Below are positions 30,251 through 39,341 of a stretch of DNA of 64,000 nt, in pieces. The notes under the pieces were generated by a model. It did not search any database, was not told the DNA's origin, and saw nothing but the letters and a program-made list of their open reading frames with translations. A program made the position numbers and the translations under genes. Position 1 is the first letter of the stretch, and the number at the start of each line of letters is the position of its first letter. The stretch comes from Candidatus Bipolaricaulia bacterium. GTDB taxonomy: Bacteria; Bipolaricaulota; Bipolaricaulia; RBG-16-55-9. The stretch spans positions 1 to 64,000 of the forward strand of contig JBDGQO010000003.1 in the NCBI GenBank assembly GCA_042219045.1. The letters run 5' to 3'.

Positions 30251-33200
30251 TTGCATTCGCCCGGTTACTATCGATTCCCGACGATCCACGGCGATCACGT
30301 CGTGTTTACCAGCGAGGATGACCTCTGGTCCGTTCCGCGAGTCGGCGGCACCGCCCGTCGCTTGACCTCGGGCGAGGGCAAGGTCGGCTATCCCCGGCTC
30401 TCGCCCGATGGGTCGCAGATCGCGTTCAGCGGCCGCGAAGAGGGCCACCGAGAAGTTTACGTCATGCCGGCCGAGGGCGGACCGCCCCAACGCGTCACCT
30501 ACATTGGCGCCCCAACGATCGTCGTCGGCTGGGATCCCGACGGACGGATTGTCTTCGGCAGCTCGTATCGCCAACCGCTCAGTCGGCTCTTCGCGCTGTT
30601 CGCCGTTCATCCGGATAGCCGCGAGCCGGACCCGTTGCCGCACGGGCCAGCGCTCCATATCTCGTACGGGCCGAACGGCGGTCGCGTGATCGGCCGCTAC
30701 GGCATGGTCACGCGCGAGCCCGCCCACTGGAAGCGCTATCACGGCGGCTTAGCGGGCGATCTCTGGGTCGATCGCGACGGCTCGGGCGCGTTCGAGCGCT
30801 TGATCCAGATCGACGGCAACCTGGCGTTTCCGCTCTGGGTCGGCGACCGCATCTACTTCACCTCGGACCACGAAGGGATCGCCAACCTCTATTCCTGCCC
30901 GCCCGACGGCAACGACCTGACGCGTCACACCCACCACGACGATTACTACGTCCGCCATCCAGACACCGACGGCGAGCGGATCGTCTATCACGCTGGGGCT
31001 GACCTGTTCGTCTACGATCCCCGCTCCGACGCGAGCGAGCGGATCGAGATCGACTTCCCGAGTCCCCGCACCCAGCGGAATCGCAAGTTCGTCGACCCCA
31101 AGCGATACCTGGAGAGCGCGACGCTGCACCCGAACGGCCACAAGCTGGCCGTCAACGCCCGCGGCAAGGCATTTTCGTTGGGCAATTGGCGCGGGCCGGT
31201 CACGCAATACGGCGAGGCCGACGGCGTCCGCTATCGCCTCGCGCAGTGGCTCCACGACGGCGAGCGCCTCGTCATGCTGAGCGACGCCGACGGCGAGGAG
31301 GCCCTCGAGATCCATTCCGAGAACAGCCTCAAGGCGCCCACGCGCCTGTCAGATCTCGACATCGGCCGCCCGTCCTCGCTCCAGCCTAGTCCCACCGAGG
31401 ACAAGGTGGCGCTGGCCAACCACCGCAACGAGCTGGTGCTCGTCGACCTCGACGCCAACGAGGCCCGTCTCCTCGATCGCAGCGATCACGGCACGATCGC
31501 CGGCTTCGATTGGTCCCCCGACGGCCGCTGGATCGCGTACGGCTTCCCCGAAACCGAGCAGACGACGAGCATCCGGCTCTGCGATACCGCGACGGGCGAG
31601 ACCCATCGCGTGACATCGCCCGTGCTGCGCGACGTCGGGCCGAAGTTCGATCCCGATGGAAAATACCTGTATTTCCGCTCGTACCGGGAGTTCGACCCGG
31701 TCTACGATGAGCTCCACTTTGAGCTCGGCTTCCCCCGCGGAGCTCGCCCGTATCTCGTGACGCTGCGCTCGGACGTGCGCAATCCCTTCCTGCCCGAGCC
31801 GCAAGCGGAAGACGACAAGCCGACGACGGCGACCAACGACGACGCATCAAACGCCGACGATGGGGACGCGGACGGACCGGAGCCTGTGGAGATCGAGCTC
31901 GTCGGCATCGAGGATCGCGTGCTGGCGTTGCCCGTATCGCCAGGGCGGTACCCGCAATTGGAAGCCATCTCCGGCAAGGTTCTCTACACGTCGTTGCCGG
32001 TCGAAGGGAGCCTCCATCGCCAGATGCTGAGCATGGGCGAGCCGCCCGCTCAGGCGACGCTGCACGCCTTCGACCTGAAGACGCAGCAGACCGAGACGCT
32101 CGTGCGGGGCATCACCGCGTTCCAGCTCTCGGGGAATCGGAGGCAGATGCTCTACCGCGCCGGCAACAAGCTGAGGGTGGTGAAAGCCGGCCAGAAGCCG
32201 GACGAGAACGCCGCTAAGGAACCGCCCGGCGAAAAGAGCGGCTGGATCGATCTCTCCCGAATCAAGATCTCGGTCACGCCGCCGTTGGAGTGGGCGCAGA
32301 TGTTTGCCGAAGCTTGGCGCCTCCAACGGGATCACTTCTGGAACGAGGAGATGTCGAAGGTCGACTGGGAGCGGGTCTATCGGCGCTATCGGCCGCTGTT
32401 GGATCGCGTCTCCACCCGCGGCGAATTTTCCGATCTGACGTGGGAGATGCAGGGCGAACTGGGCACGTCACACGCCTACGAGATCGGCGGCGATTATCGG
32501 CCCGATCCGCAGTACCCCCTTGGTTTCCTCGGCGCCGACATCGACTTCGATGGGGACAATGACGCCTGGAAGATCTCGCGCATCGTCCGCGGCGATCCGT
32601 GGGAGGAGCAGGCCGGCTCGCCGTTGATCCGCTCCGGCGTCAACGCCCGCGAGGGCGAGACGGTGCTCGCCATCAACGGCCGCCCCCTGTCGCGCGAGAC
32701 CTCGCCCGGCGAACTGCTCGTCCACCAAGCCGGGACCGAAGTGTCCATCACCTTGGGCGACGAACGGGGCGAGTCGCCGCGAACGACGTCGGTCAAGACG
32801 CTCAAGAGCGAGGCGTCGGCGCGCTACCGCGACTGGGTCGAGGCCAACCGCTCGCTCATCCGCGAGCGGACCGACGGCCGCGTCGGCTACATCCACGTTC
32901 CGGACATGGGCCCGACGGGATACTCCGAGTTCCATCGCGCGTTCCTGGCGGAGGTGGAGCGCGATGGCCTGATCGTCGACGTCCGCTTCAACGGCGGAGG
33001 CCACGTCTCGGGGCTGCTGTTGGAGAAGCTGGCGCGGCGGCGCCTGGCGTTTGTGAAGACGCGCTGGTACGGCGCCGAGCCGTGGCCCGATTCGTCCCCC
33101 GCCGGCCCGATGGTGGCGGTCACCAACGAGTGGGCCGGCTCGGACGGCGACATCTTCAGTCACAGCTTCAAGATGCTCGGGCTGGGCCCGCTCATCGGGA

Positions 33201-33499
33201 AACGGACCTGGGGCGGCGTGATCGGCATCAACCCACGGCAACCCCTGGTCGACCGCGGGATTACGACTCAACCGGAGTTTTCCTTCTGGTTCGCTGATGC
33301 CGGCTGGGACGTGGAGAATCGGGGCACCGACCCGGACATCGAGGTCGAGGTCCGACCGCAGGACTACGCGGAGGGGGCCGATCCCCAACTGGACCGGGCA
33401 CTGCAGGAGATCGAGCGCATCCTGTCGGAAAACCCGCCGCTCAAGCCCGATTTGAGTGAGCGGCCGAGTCGGGAGCTGCCCGAGCTGCCCACGGACTGA
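30251..33499 (+). CDS. Tricorn protease (S41 family) with two beta-propellers and a PDZ domain
   Basis: YYRFPTIHGD.VVF..EDDLW, WKRY.GG..G, GELGTSHAY, DVRFNGGG, catalytic AGSDGD, GKRTWGGV; GAGGAGG SD with TTG start; no signal peptide. Confidence 0.93.
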   Translation: MHSPGYYRFPTIHGDHVVFTSEDDLWSVPRVGGTARRLTSGEGKVGYPRLSPDGSQIAFSGREEGHREVYVMPAEGGPPQRVTYIGAPTIVVGWDPDGRIVFGSSYRQPLSRLFALFAVHPDSREPDPLPHGPALHISYGPNGGRVIGRYGMVTREPAHWKRYHGGLAGDLWVDRDGSGAFERLIQIDGNLAFPLWVGDRIYFTSDHEGIANLYSCPPDGNDLTRHTHHDDYYVRHPDTDGERIVYHAGADLFVYDPRSDASERIEIDFPSPRTQRNRKFVDPKRYLESATLHPNGHKLAVNARGKAFSLGNWRGPVTQYGEADGVRYRLAQWLHDGERLVMLSDADGEEALEIHSENSLKAPTRLSDLDIGRPSSLQPSPTEDKVALANHRNELVLVDLDANEARLLDRSDHGTIAGFDWSPDGRWIAYGFPETEQTTSIRLCDTATGETHRVTSPVLRDVGPKFDPDGKYLYFRSYREFDPVYDELHFELGFPRGARPYLVTLRSDVRNPFLPEPQAEDDKPTTATNDDASNADDGDADGPEPVEIELVGIEDRVLALPVSPGRYPQLEAISGKVLYTSLPVEGSLHRQMLSMGEPPAQATLHAFDLKTQQTETLVRGITAFQLSGNRRQMLYRAGNKLRVVKAGQKPDENAAKEPPGEKSGWIDLSRIKISVTPPLEWAQMFAEAWRLQRDHFWNEEMSKVDWERVYRRYRPLLDRVSTRGEFSDLTWEMQGELGTSHAYEIGGDYRPDPQYPLGFLGADIDFDGDNDAWKISRIVRGDPWEEQAGSPLIRSGVNAREGETVLAINGRPLSRETSPGELLVHQAGTEVSITLGDERGESPRTTSVKTLKSEASARYRDWVEANRSLIRERTDGRVGYIHVPDMGPTGYSEFHRAFLAEVERDGLIVDVRFNGGGHVSGLLLEKLARRRLAFVKTRWYGAEPWPDSSPAGPMVAVTNEWAGSDGDIFSHSFKMLGLGPLIGKRTWGGVIGINPRQPLVDRGITTQPEFSFWFADAGWDVENRGTDPDIEVEVRPQDYAEGADPQLDRALQEIERILSENPPLKPDLSERPSRELPELPTD

Positions 33500-33545
33500 C
33501 GCTCAGGTTGCGCCCCCGTGAGTGGCCAATGCACGTGATGCCGAA

Positions 33546-34502
33546 ATGACGCTGCACTTGAGCGAGTCCGACGTCGAGCAACTGCTGAGCATGCCCGACG
33601 CGCTGCGCGTCGTCGAGGACGCCTTCCGGGCGTGGGGTGATGGCCAAGCCATCAACCACCCGCGTCGGCGCATCCGCGTGCCCCAAGGCTTCCTGCACGT
33701 CATGGAAGCTGCGCTGATCGGCGACGGCGTCATGGGATTGAAAACCTACGCGACCGTCGCAGGCGGAACCACGTTCGTGGTTCAGCTCTTCGACAGCGAG
33801 ACGGGGGACCTGCTCGCCCTGATTGACGCCGATCGCTTGGGCCAAGTGCGCACGGGCGCGGCATCCGGCGTGGCAGCCAAGCATATGGCCCACGAGGACG
33901 CCCGAACCGTCGGCATCGTCGGCACCGGCTATCAGGCGGAGGCGCAACTGGACGCGGTCTGCGCCGTGCGACCCATCGAGCACGTCCGCGCGTTCAGCCG
34001 AACGCCGGAGAACCGGGCGGCGTTCGCGCGAACCATGTCGGATCGGCTCAATGCCCATGTCGAAGCTGTCGAAAGCGCCGACGAGGCCGTTGATGATGCC
34101 GACATCGTCGTCGCGATCACGACGGCAAGCGAGCCCGTCTTCGACGGCGACAGGATCAAAACGGGGGCCTGCGTGCTGGCCGCGGGCTCCAACAACGTCC
34201 TTCGTCGGGAGCTCGACACCTCAACGCTCAAGCGGACCGAGCGGGTCGTCGTGGACGACCGCGATCAAGCCAAGCGGGAATGCGGCGAGCTGATATCGGG
34301 CGCGGAGCGCGGGATCGTCCGTTGGGAGGCCGTGGCCGAGCTTCGGGATGTCGTGGCCGGACGCGAGGCCGGCCGGCGTTCCGATGAGGCGCTCACGCTG
34401 TTCGAGTCCCAGGGCGTTGCACTGGAGGACGTGGCCGTGGCGCGGCGTTTGGCCCATCTGGCTCAAGAGCAAGGCGTCGGCACGAGCATCCGCTCAGCTT
34501 GA
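33546..34502 (+). CDS. Ornithine cyclodeaminase/mu-crystallin family protein (alanine dehydrogenase-like)
   Basis: RTGAASGVAA, Rossmann GTGYQA, AGSN...RELD, FESQGVALEDVA; alternative GTG start at 33522. Confidence 0.88.
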   Translation: MTLHLSESDVEQLLSMPDALRVVEDAFRAWGDGQAINHPRRRIRVPQGFLHVMEAALIGDGVMGLKTYATVAGGTTFVVQLFDSETGDLLALIDADRLGQVRTGAASGVAAKHMAHEDARTVGIVGTGYQAEAQLDAVCAVRPIEHVRAFSRTPENRAAFARTMSDRLNAHVEAVESADEAVDDADIVVAITTASEPVFDGDRIKTGACVLAAGSNNVLRRELDTSTLKRTERVVVDDRDQAKRECGELISGAERGIVRWEAVAELRDVVAGREAGRRSDEALTLFESQGVALEDVAVARRLAHLAQEQGVGTSIRSA

Positions 34503-34516
34503 GTCTGCGGAGAGGT

Positions 34517-34909
34517 TCAGCGACGGATCTCGATGTGGACGCCCTTGCGCGTCGGATCGATGACGGCGGAAATGAGCGCGCTCAGCATGCTGATCAGCAG
34601 CGCGCCGAGCAGCGCCCAGCCGAAGCCGTCGATGTCGATGCCCTGCACGAGCGCGCCCGTCAGATAAAGGATGAAGGCATTGATGACGAGCATGAACAGG
34701 CCGAGCGTGAAGATCGTGGCCGGAAGCGTAAAGAGGACGAGAACCGGGCGGACGAAAGCATTGAGCAGGCCGAGCGCGAGACCCGCCCAAATGGCAGTGG
34801 CGAAGTCCGCGACCTGGATGTGCGGGTGAAGTAGCGCCCCCACGGCGTAGATGGAGAGCGTCCCCGCGATCCATTGCGCCAACCCGCGCAGAAGCCGATC
34901 TTGCGTCAT
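34517..34909 (-). CDS. YvlD/DUF360-type 4-TM membrane protein ('phage holin family')
   Basis: LGLLNAFVRPVL.LFTLP...TLGLF.LVINA signature. Confidence 0.88.
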   Translation of the reverse strand: MTQDRLLRGLAQWIAGTLSIYAVGALLHPHIQVADFATAIWAGLALGLLNAFVRPVLVLFTLPATIFTLGLFMLVINAFILYLTGALVQGIDIDGFGWALLGALLISMLSALISAVIDPTRKGVHIEIRR

Positions 34910-34959
34910 GCCAAAACGATTGTAGGCTGTCGTGTCATCCGCGTCCAATTTGCCGTGCT

Positions 34960-34988
34960 TTGCAGCTCCAGCAAGCCGGATTTAAAGT
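34960..34988 (+). promoter_or_regulatory. Putative promoter of the rhomboid gene
   Basis: TTGCAG-17 nt-TAAAGT. Confidence 0.5.
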
Positions 34989-35015
34989 GGCGCGGTTGGG
35001 CACGGGAGCTTTGCC

Positions 35016-35822
35016 ATGTTTTTGCCGATCCGCGATTACCGCCGCAGTCGCACCACGCCCGTCCTGACGTTTGTCATCATCGGGATCAACGTGCTCGTCT
35101 TCCTCTTCCAGACGTTCATGGTGGGCGGCAGCGGCGGCGAGGCCGAATACGGCATCGTCCGCGGATCACAGTGCGTTCCCCTTTCCGGCAGCGATCGCTT
35201 CATCTTCGAGATCGGCGTCAAGCCGTGCGAACTCTTCGGCACCTGCGGCGAAACTCGAGTGTGCGTCATCGAAAACCGCCGCGTCGTCGACGTGACGACC
35301 GTCGAGGGGCCGTTCCCAGCGTCCCCCTTGCCCGCATGGCTGACGATCTTCTCGGCGATGTTCGTTCATGGCGGGCTGCTCCACATCGCGAGCAACATGT
35401 GGTTCCTCTGGATCTTCGGCGACAACGTCGAAGACCGCATGGGCACAGGGCGATTCCTGATCTTCTATCTCCTGACGGGGCTGGTGGCCGCGGCGGCCCA
35501 GATCGTGAGCAATCCCGCCAGCTCCACGCCCATGGTGGGGGCCAGCGGCGCCGTCGCCGGCGTGTTGGGCGCTTACATGATGCTCTACCCGCATGGCCGG
35601 GTGCTCACGCTCATGTGGATCGTCTGGTTCATTCAGTTCATCGAGCTTCCGGCGGTCATCGTGCTCGGCATGTGGATCCTGCTCCAAGTCATCCAGGCAC
35701 TCATTGGACAGGGCATGCTATCGGGCGGCGGTGTGGCTTACCTCGCCCACATCGGCGGCTTTCTTGCAGGCGTGGTGCTCGTGAAGGTCTTCGCTCGGCC
35801 GGAGCAGCCGGATTACTTATAG
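35016..35822 (+). CDS. Rhomboid family intramembrane serine protease
   Basis: MFVHGGLLHIASNMWFLWIFGDNVED, catalytic GASG, AHIGGF. Confidence 0.93.
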   Translation: MFLPIRDYRRSRTTPVLTFVIIGINVLVFLFQTFMVGGSGGEAEYGIVRGSQCVPLSGSDRFIFEIGVKPCELFGTCGETRVCVIENRRVVDVTTVEGPFPASPLPAWLTIFSAMFVHGGLLHIASNMWFLWIFGDNVEDRMGTGRFLIFYLLTGLVAAAAQIVSNPASSTPMVGASGAVAGVLGAYMMLYPHGRVLTLMWIVWFIQFIELPAVIVLGMWILLQVIQALIGQGMLSGGGVAYLAHIGGFLAGVVLVKVFARPEQPDYL

Positions 35823-36070
35823 TAGTTGGCGTTGATCTCGATGAACTCGCGCCACTGCTCCGGCAGGTCCTCCTCGGGATAGATGGCCTCAACCGGACAG
35901 ACGGCGGCACACGCCGCGCAGTTAATGCAGGTCTCCGGGTCAATATAGAGCATGCGGACGTCGGCGAACTCGGCTTCGTCCGGTCGGGGATGGATGCAGT
36001 CCACGGGGCAGACTTGGACACATTCCGTCGACTTTTCGTCCACGCAAGGTTGGGCGATCACAAAGGCCAT
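35813..36070 (-). CDS. Bacterial dicluster ferredoxin
   Basis: C..EKSTECVQVCPVDCI and CINCAACAAVCPVEAI. Confidence 0.92.
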   Translation of the reverse strand: MAFVIAQPCVDEKSTECVQVCPVDCIHPRPDEAEFADVRMLYIDPETCINCAACAAVCPVEAIYPEEDLPEQWREFIEINANYYK

Positions 36071-36189
36071 CGGCGATGCTCCCTTCTTGGATGATCCATG
36101 TCAAGTATAGCAACGCCGCAAACAGCGCCGCAATGCCGGCCGACTCGCCCGACCGGCCTAGTCGACATGGGGGCTGTTACAATACCCGC

Positions 36190-36774
36190 ATGAGTCCGGT
36201 GCTCGGCAGCCGTAAGCGATTCCTCTACCGCGTGCTTGTCTACGGCGCGACGCCGCTGTTGGGCCTGTTCGTTTTTCTGGACAACCCGAACGACCTCCGC
36301 GGCCGCGTCATCGGCGGGCTGGCCATTCTGGCCGGGGCCGTGTCGCTCGTGCTGCTCATCACGCGGTTGCGCGATCCGTGGGGCGCGATCCGTTACGCGG
36401 TCCGTCCTGTTCCGATGCTGAAGGCGGTCCTGGCCAGTTGGCCACGCCAGCAGGGCACGGATGATGGAGACCTCGTTCCATCCCTTCACGCCCACCTCAA
36501 CCAGAAGTTTCCCGACCTGGCGATCGGCGTCGGCGATCCTCAGGACGATGCGGTCCTGACGCTAGGCGAGGAAGTGACGGTGATCCCCACCGTGCCCCCA
36601 CAGACGGCCGCGGAACGGGAGGGGCTGCTCGAGCGCTTGGAGGCGCTGCATTCCCCACTGGAGAGCCGTGCGATAGTGCTCGTGCTTGCGACCTCGCACG
36701 CCGCAGCAGCCACGCATGAGGCCAACCTTTCTGAACTCAACCGGACCCGCGGCGTCTACGTCGTCCGCGTTTAG
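36190..36774 (+). CDS. Hypothetical protein with two N-terminal TM helices
   Basis: Fills the gap between ferredoxin and the VWA gene; extended -10 (TG-T-TACAAT, 36175-36183) lies 6 nt before ATG 36190. Confidence 0.6.
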   Translation: MSPVLGSRKRFLYRVLVYGATPLLGLFVFLDNPNDLRGRVIGGLAILAGAVSLVLLITRLRDPWGAIRYAVRPVPMLKAVLASWPRQQGTDDGDLVPSLHAHLNQKFPDLAIGVGDPQDDAVLTLGEEVTVIPTVPPQTAAEREGLLERLEALHSPLESRAIVLVLATSHAAAATHEANLSELNRTRGVYVVRV

Positions 36775-39341
36775 CCGGCGAACAGTCGGTGCAGCGGCAG
36801 CTTCCGCATGGCCAAGTCAAGCAGGAACAGCACCAGCGAAGCCAGCGCCAGCGACGACCAGATGTCTTGATACGCGTATGCCCGTCCCTTGAGGAGCGAC
36901 GGCGCCTCCTCGATCGATTCGAGATACCGGCCGCCGGTCGTTTCAGCCATCCGGCGCAACGATTCGGAATTGAGCCCGATGCGGCGGTATTCCTCCGGGT
37001 ACGGCACGCTGATCGTCTCCTGGACGCGGCCGAGCTCGTCGCTGCCCACGTTGAGCAGATGGACCCCTTTGGCGAGGTCCTCCAGCGTCGCCCGGTAGCG
37101 CCCGGGGGCGATGCGCTCGAACGCGAGCGAGCGCGGCTCGGACTCCAGCGAAGCGACGCGGCCCTGCAAGTCGGCATCGTTGAGCCAGCGCCCGTTCCGT
37201 TGGGCATCCACGCTCACGGTGAGCGTGGAACCGTTCAGGTCATGACGGACGTCGAGGCTGTCGGGACGCAGCGCGCTCTTGCTGTAGACCTGGCCCAAAA
37301 TGTCCGACATCAAGTTGCTCAAGCCGGACCACTGCAGCCACTTTTGCGCGTCGGTCTCGCTGAGCGCGGTGTTCAAGACGGCCACCTTGCCGAGGCCGTA
37401 GCGCCACGTGCTCACCAGCGGGTCGTCCGGGCCATCTTCCGGCCCCACGAACAATTCCGTCTTGGCGCTCGGCTTCTCGAACGTCAGGACATACCCGCCC
37501 ACGGGCGGAACGGCCTGCGGATCCACTTGGCGGAGCTCGCCGGCGAACGGGCCAGAGCGGACCGGAACGGGGCCCTTGATCCAACGGGCCCGTTGGAGCC
37601 GAATCAGCTCCTCCAGGGTGATTTCGGGCAGGTCGCGCGCGTCGGCGACGGAGTATTTCTTCCCCACGCCGACCTCAGCCAGGCGCCACATCAGCTCGCG
37701 ATCGGCCTGATTGCCGATGGCGATCGATGACGCCGTGATCGGGCTCTGCTCGATGTTGCGGAACAGCGACGGAAAATTGCGGCGCTCGCGGACGAACTTT
37801 CCGTCCGAAAAGACGAGGATGTGTCGCACCCGAGCATCGGCTTTCTTGAGGGCTTGCACGGCGTCCGTCAGCGCGGGATGGGCATCCGTCCCGCCGCTTG
37901 GGCTGAGCTCCTCGATCGATTGCAGGATCTCCTCGCGCCGTCCCTCGACAGGGCCGAGCTCAACCAGCCAGTCGTGCGTTGAGTCGAAGCCGATGATGCC
38001 CACGAGGTCGTTTTTGTTCAGTTTCTGCACCGCCCGCATCGCGGCCTGCTTCAACAAGTCGATCTTCTGCCCTTGGCCGGCCAGTTCGCCCATTGAGCCC
38101 GACCGGTCCAGCACCATGACGAGCCCGAGCGCAGGCTTGCGCATCTCCTCCGGCCCCTCGTATGTGACGGGCAGCATCTTCTCGAACTTCGGATCCGCGA
38201 AGTTCTGTACGGCATTGCGGCCCTGAATGAGCCAGAAACCGCCGCCGAGGTCGCGGACATAGCGCTTAAGTACCTTTTGCTGGCGGTCCGTGAGCGATCG
38301 CAATGGGACGTTCTCAAAGATGACCGACCGATACGGCAACAGCGACGACAACGACGGGGCGAATTCGTCCAATGACACACTCGTGTGCACAGAGCCCGTC
38401 TCGTCCAAAACACGGCTCAACGTCGACGAGGGGGAACTCTTACCGGGGCCGCGCACGACGAGCACACGCGGCTCACCGGTGGCGCGCACGACCTGCTCAT
38501 AGCGATTGTTCTCGCTCAGGACGTCGCCGTCCGCAACCAGCTCAACGCGATAGGCATGGGTGCCGGACTCGGAGAGGTTGTCCTTGTGTTCCACGACGTT
38601 GAGCCCGGCGTGGAGCTCAAGCGTTCGTTTGCGGAGGAGCGATCCGTCGCGATAGATCAGCAATTGGGCTTCGGCCGATTTGCCTGCGTAGACCACCGTC
38701 CGCAGGCTGAACGGCAGGTCGGTAGCGACCTCGTCCGGTGCCTGCAACGCTTGGATCGCCAGCTCGTCCTGCGGGGCCGACAACGGAACCGGCGCAATGG
38801 CGATGCCTTTGCGCCGAGCGCGCGCTAGCGACGTCGCAACGTCGTCGCCTGTCGGCTGGCCGTCGGAGAGCAGCACGATCGTCCGCGTGGCGTCCTCGGG
38901 AAAGGTCGCCATCGCGAGATCCAGCGCGGCGGAGACGTTCGTTCCTTTCGGATTGACCTGCGTGTTCAGCTGCGCCATGTCCAGCGTCCCTTGGAACGGC
39001 CGCTCCACGTAGGCCTCCTTGCCGAAGACGATGACGCCATACTCGGTGTTGGGCTGCGGTTTCGACAGATTATTCAGTCGATTGATCAGCTTGGCCTCCG
39101 AGATCGCCGCCCGAGCGCTGGCGGACCGATCCACGAGGATGTAGACGGCGTGGGTGTCGACCGCGCTACGCAACTGCGGCCCGCCGAGCGCCAAGATGAG
39201 CGCGAGGATGGCCAACAGCCGCAAGCCGATCGCGAGCTTGTCCGCAAGCGATTTGCGGATCAGCCCGCGACGTTGGAGGCCGAGGTACAGCGCGGGGATG
39301 ATCAACAGCGCCAACGGCCACAGCTCGGTAAAACGGATCAT
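36771..39341 (-). CDS. Membrane-anchored protein with two VWA domains, an Ig-like domain and a GATase1-like domain
   Basis: BatA-like N-terminal TMs; MIDAS motifs DRSAS and DRSGS; LSDG/FSDG; YVRDLGGG, WRYGLGK; C-terminal TM. Confidence 0.85.
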   Translation of the reverse strand: MIRFTELWPLALLIIPALYLGLQRRGLIRKSLADKLAIGLRLLAILALILALGGPQLRSAVDTHAVYILVDRSASARAAISEAKLINRLNNLSKPQPNTEYGVIVFGKEAYVERPFQGTLDMAQLNTQVNPKGTNVSAALDLAMATFPEDATRTIVLLSDGQPTGDDVATSLARARRKGIAIAPVPLSAPQDELAIQALQAPDEVATDLPFSLRTVVYAGKSAEAQLLIYRDGSLLRKRTLELHAGLNVVEHKDNLSESGTHAYRVELVADGDVLSENNRYEQVVRATGEPRVLVVRGPGKSSPSSTLSRVLDETGSVHTSVSLDEFAPSLSSLLPYRSVIFENVPLRSLTDRQQKVLKRYVRDLGGGFWLIQGRNAVQNFADPKFEKMLPVTYEGPEEMRKPALGLVMVLDRSGSMGELAGQGQKIDLLKQAAMRAVQKLNKNDLVGIIGFDSTHDWLVELGPVEGRREEILQSIEELSPSGGTDAHPALTDAVQALKKADARVRHILVFSDGKFVRERRNFPSLFRNIEQSPITASSIAIGNQADRELMWRLAEVGVGKKYSVADARDLPEITLEELIRLQRARWIKGPVPVRSGPFAGELRQVDPQAVPPVGGYVLTFEKPSAKTELFVGPEDGPDDPLVSTWRYGLGKVAVLNTALSETDAQKWLQWSGLSNLMSDILGQVYSKSALRPDSLDVRHDLNGSTLTVSVDAQRNGRWLNDADLQGRVASLESEPRSLAFERIAPGRYRATLEDLAKGVHLLNVGSDELGRVQETISVPYPEEYRRIGLNSESLRRMAETTGGRYLESIEEAPSLLKGRAYAYQDIWSSLALASLVLFLLDLAMRKLPLHRLFAG

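Noticed and set aside
34517..34909. 'Phage holin family' gene as evidence of a prophage
   Set aside because: YvlD/DUF360-type genes are common chromosomal genes; no integrase, endolysin or structural phage genes in the window
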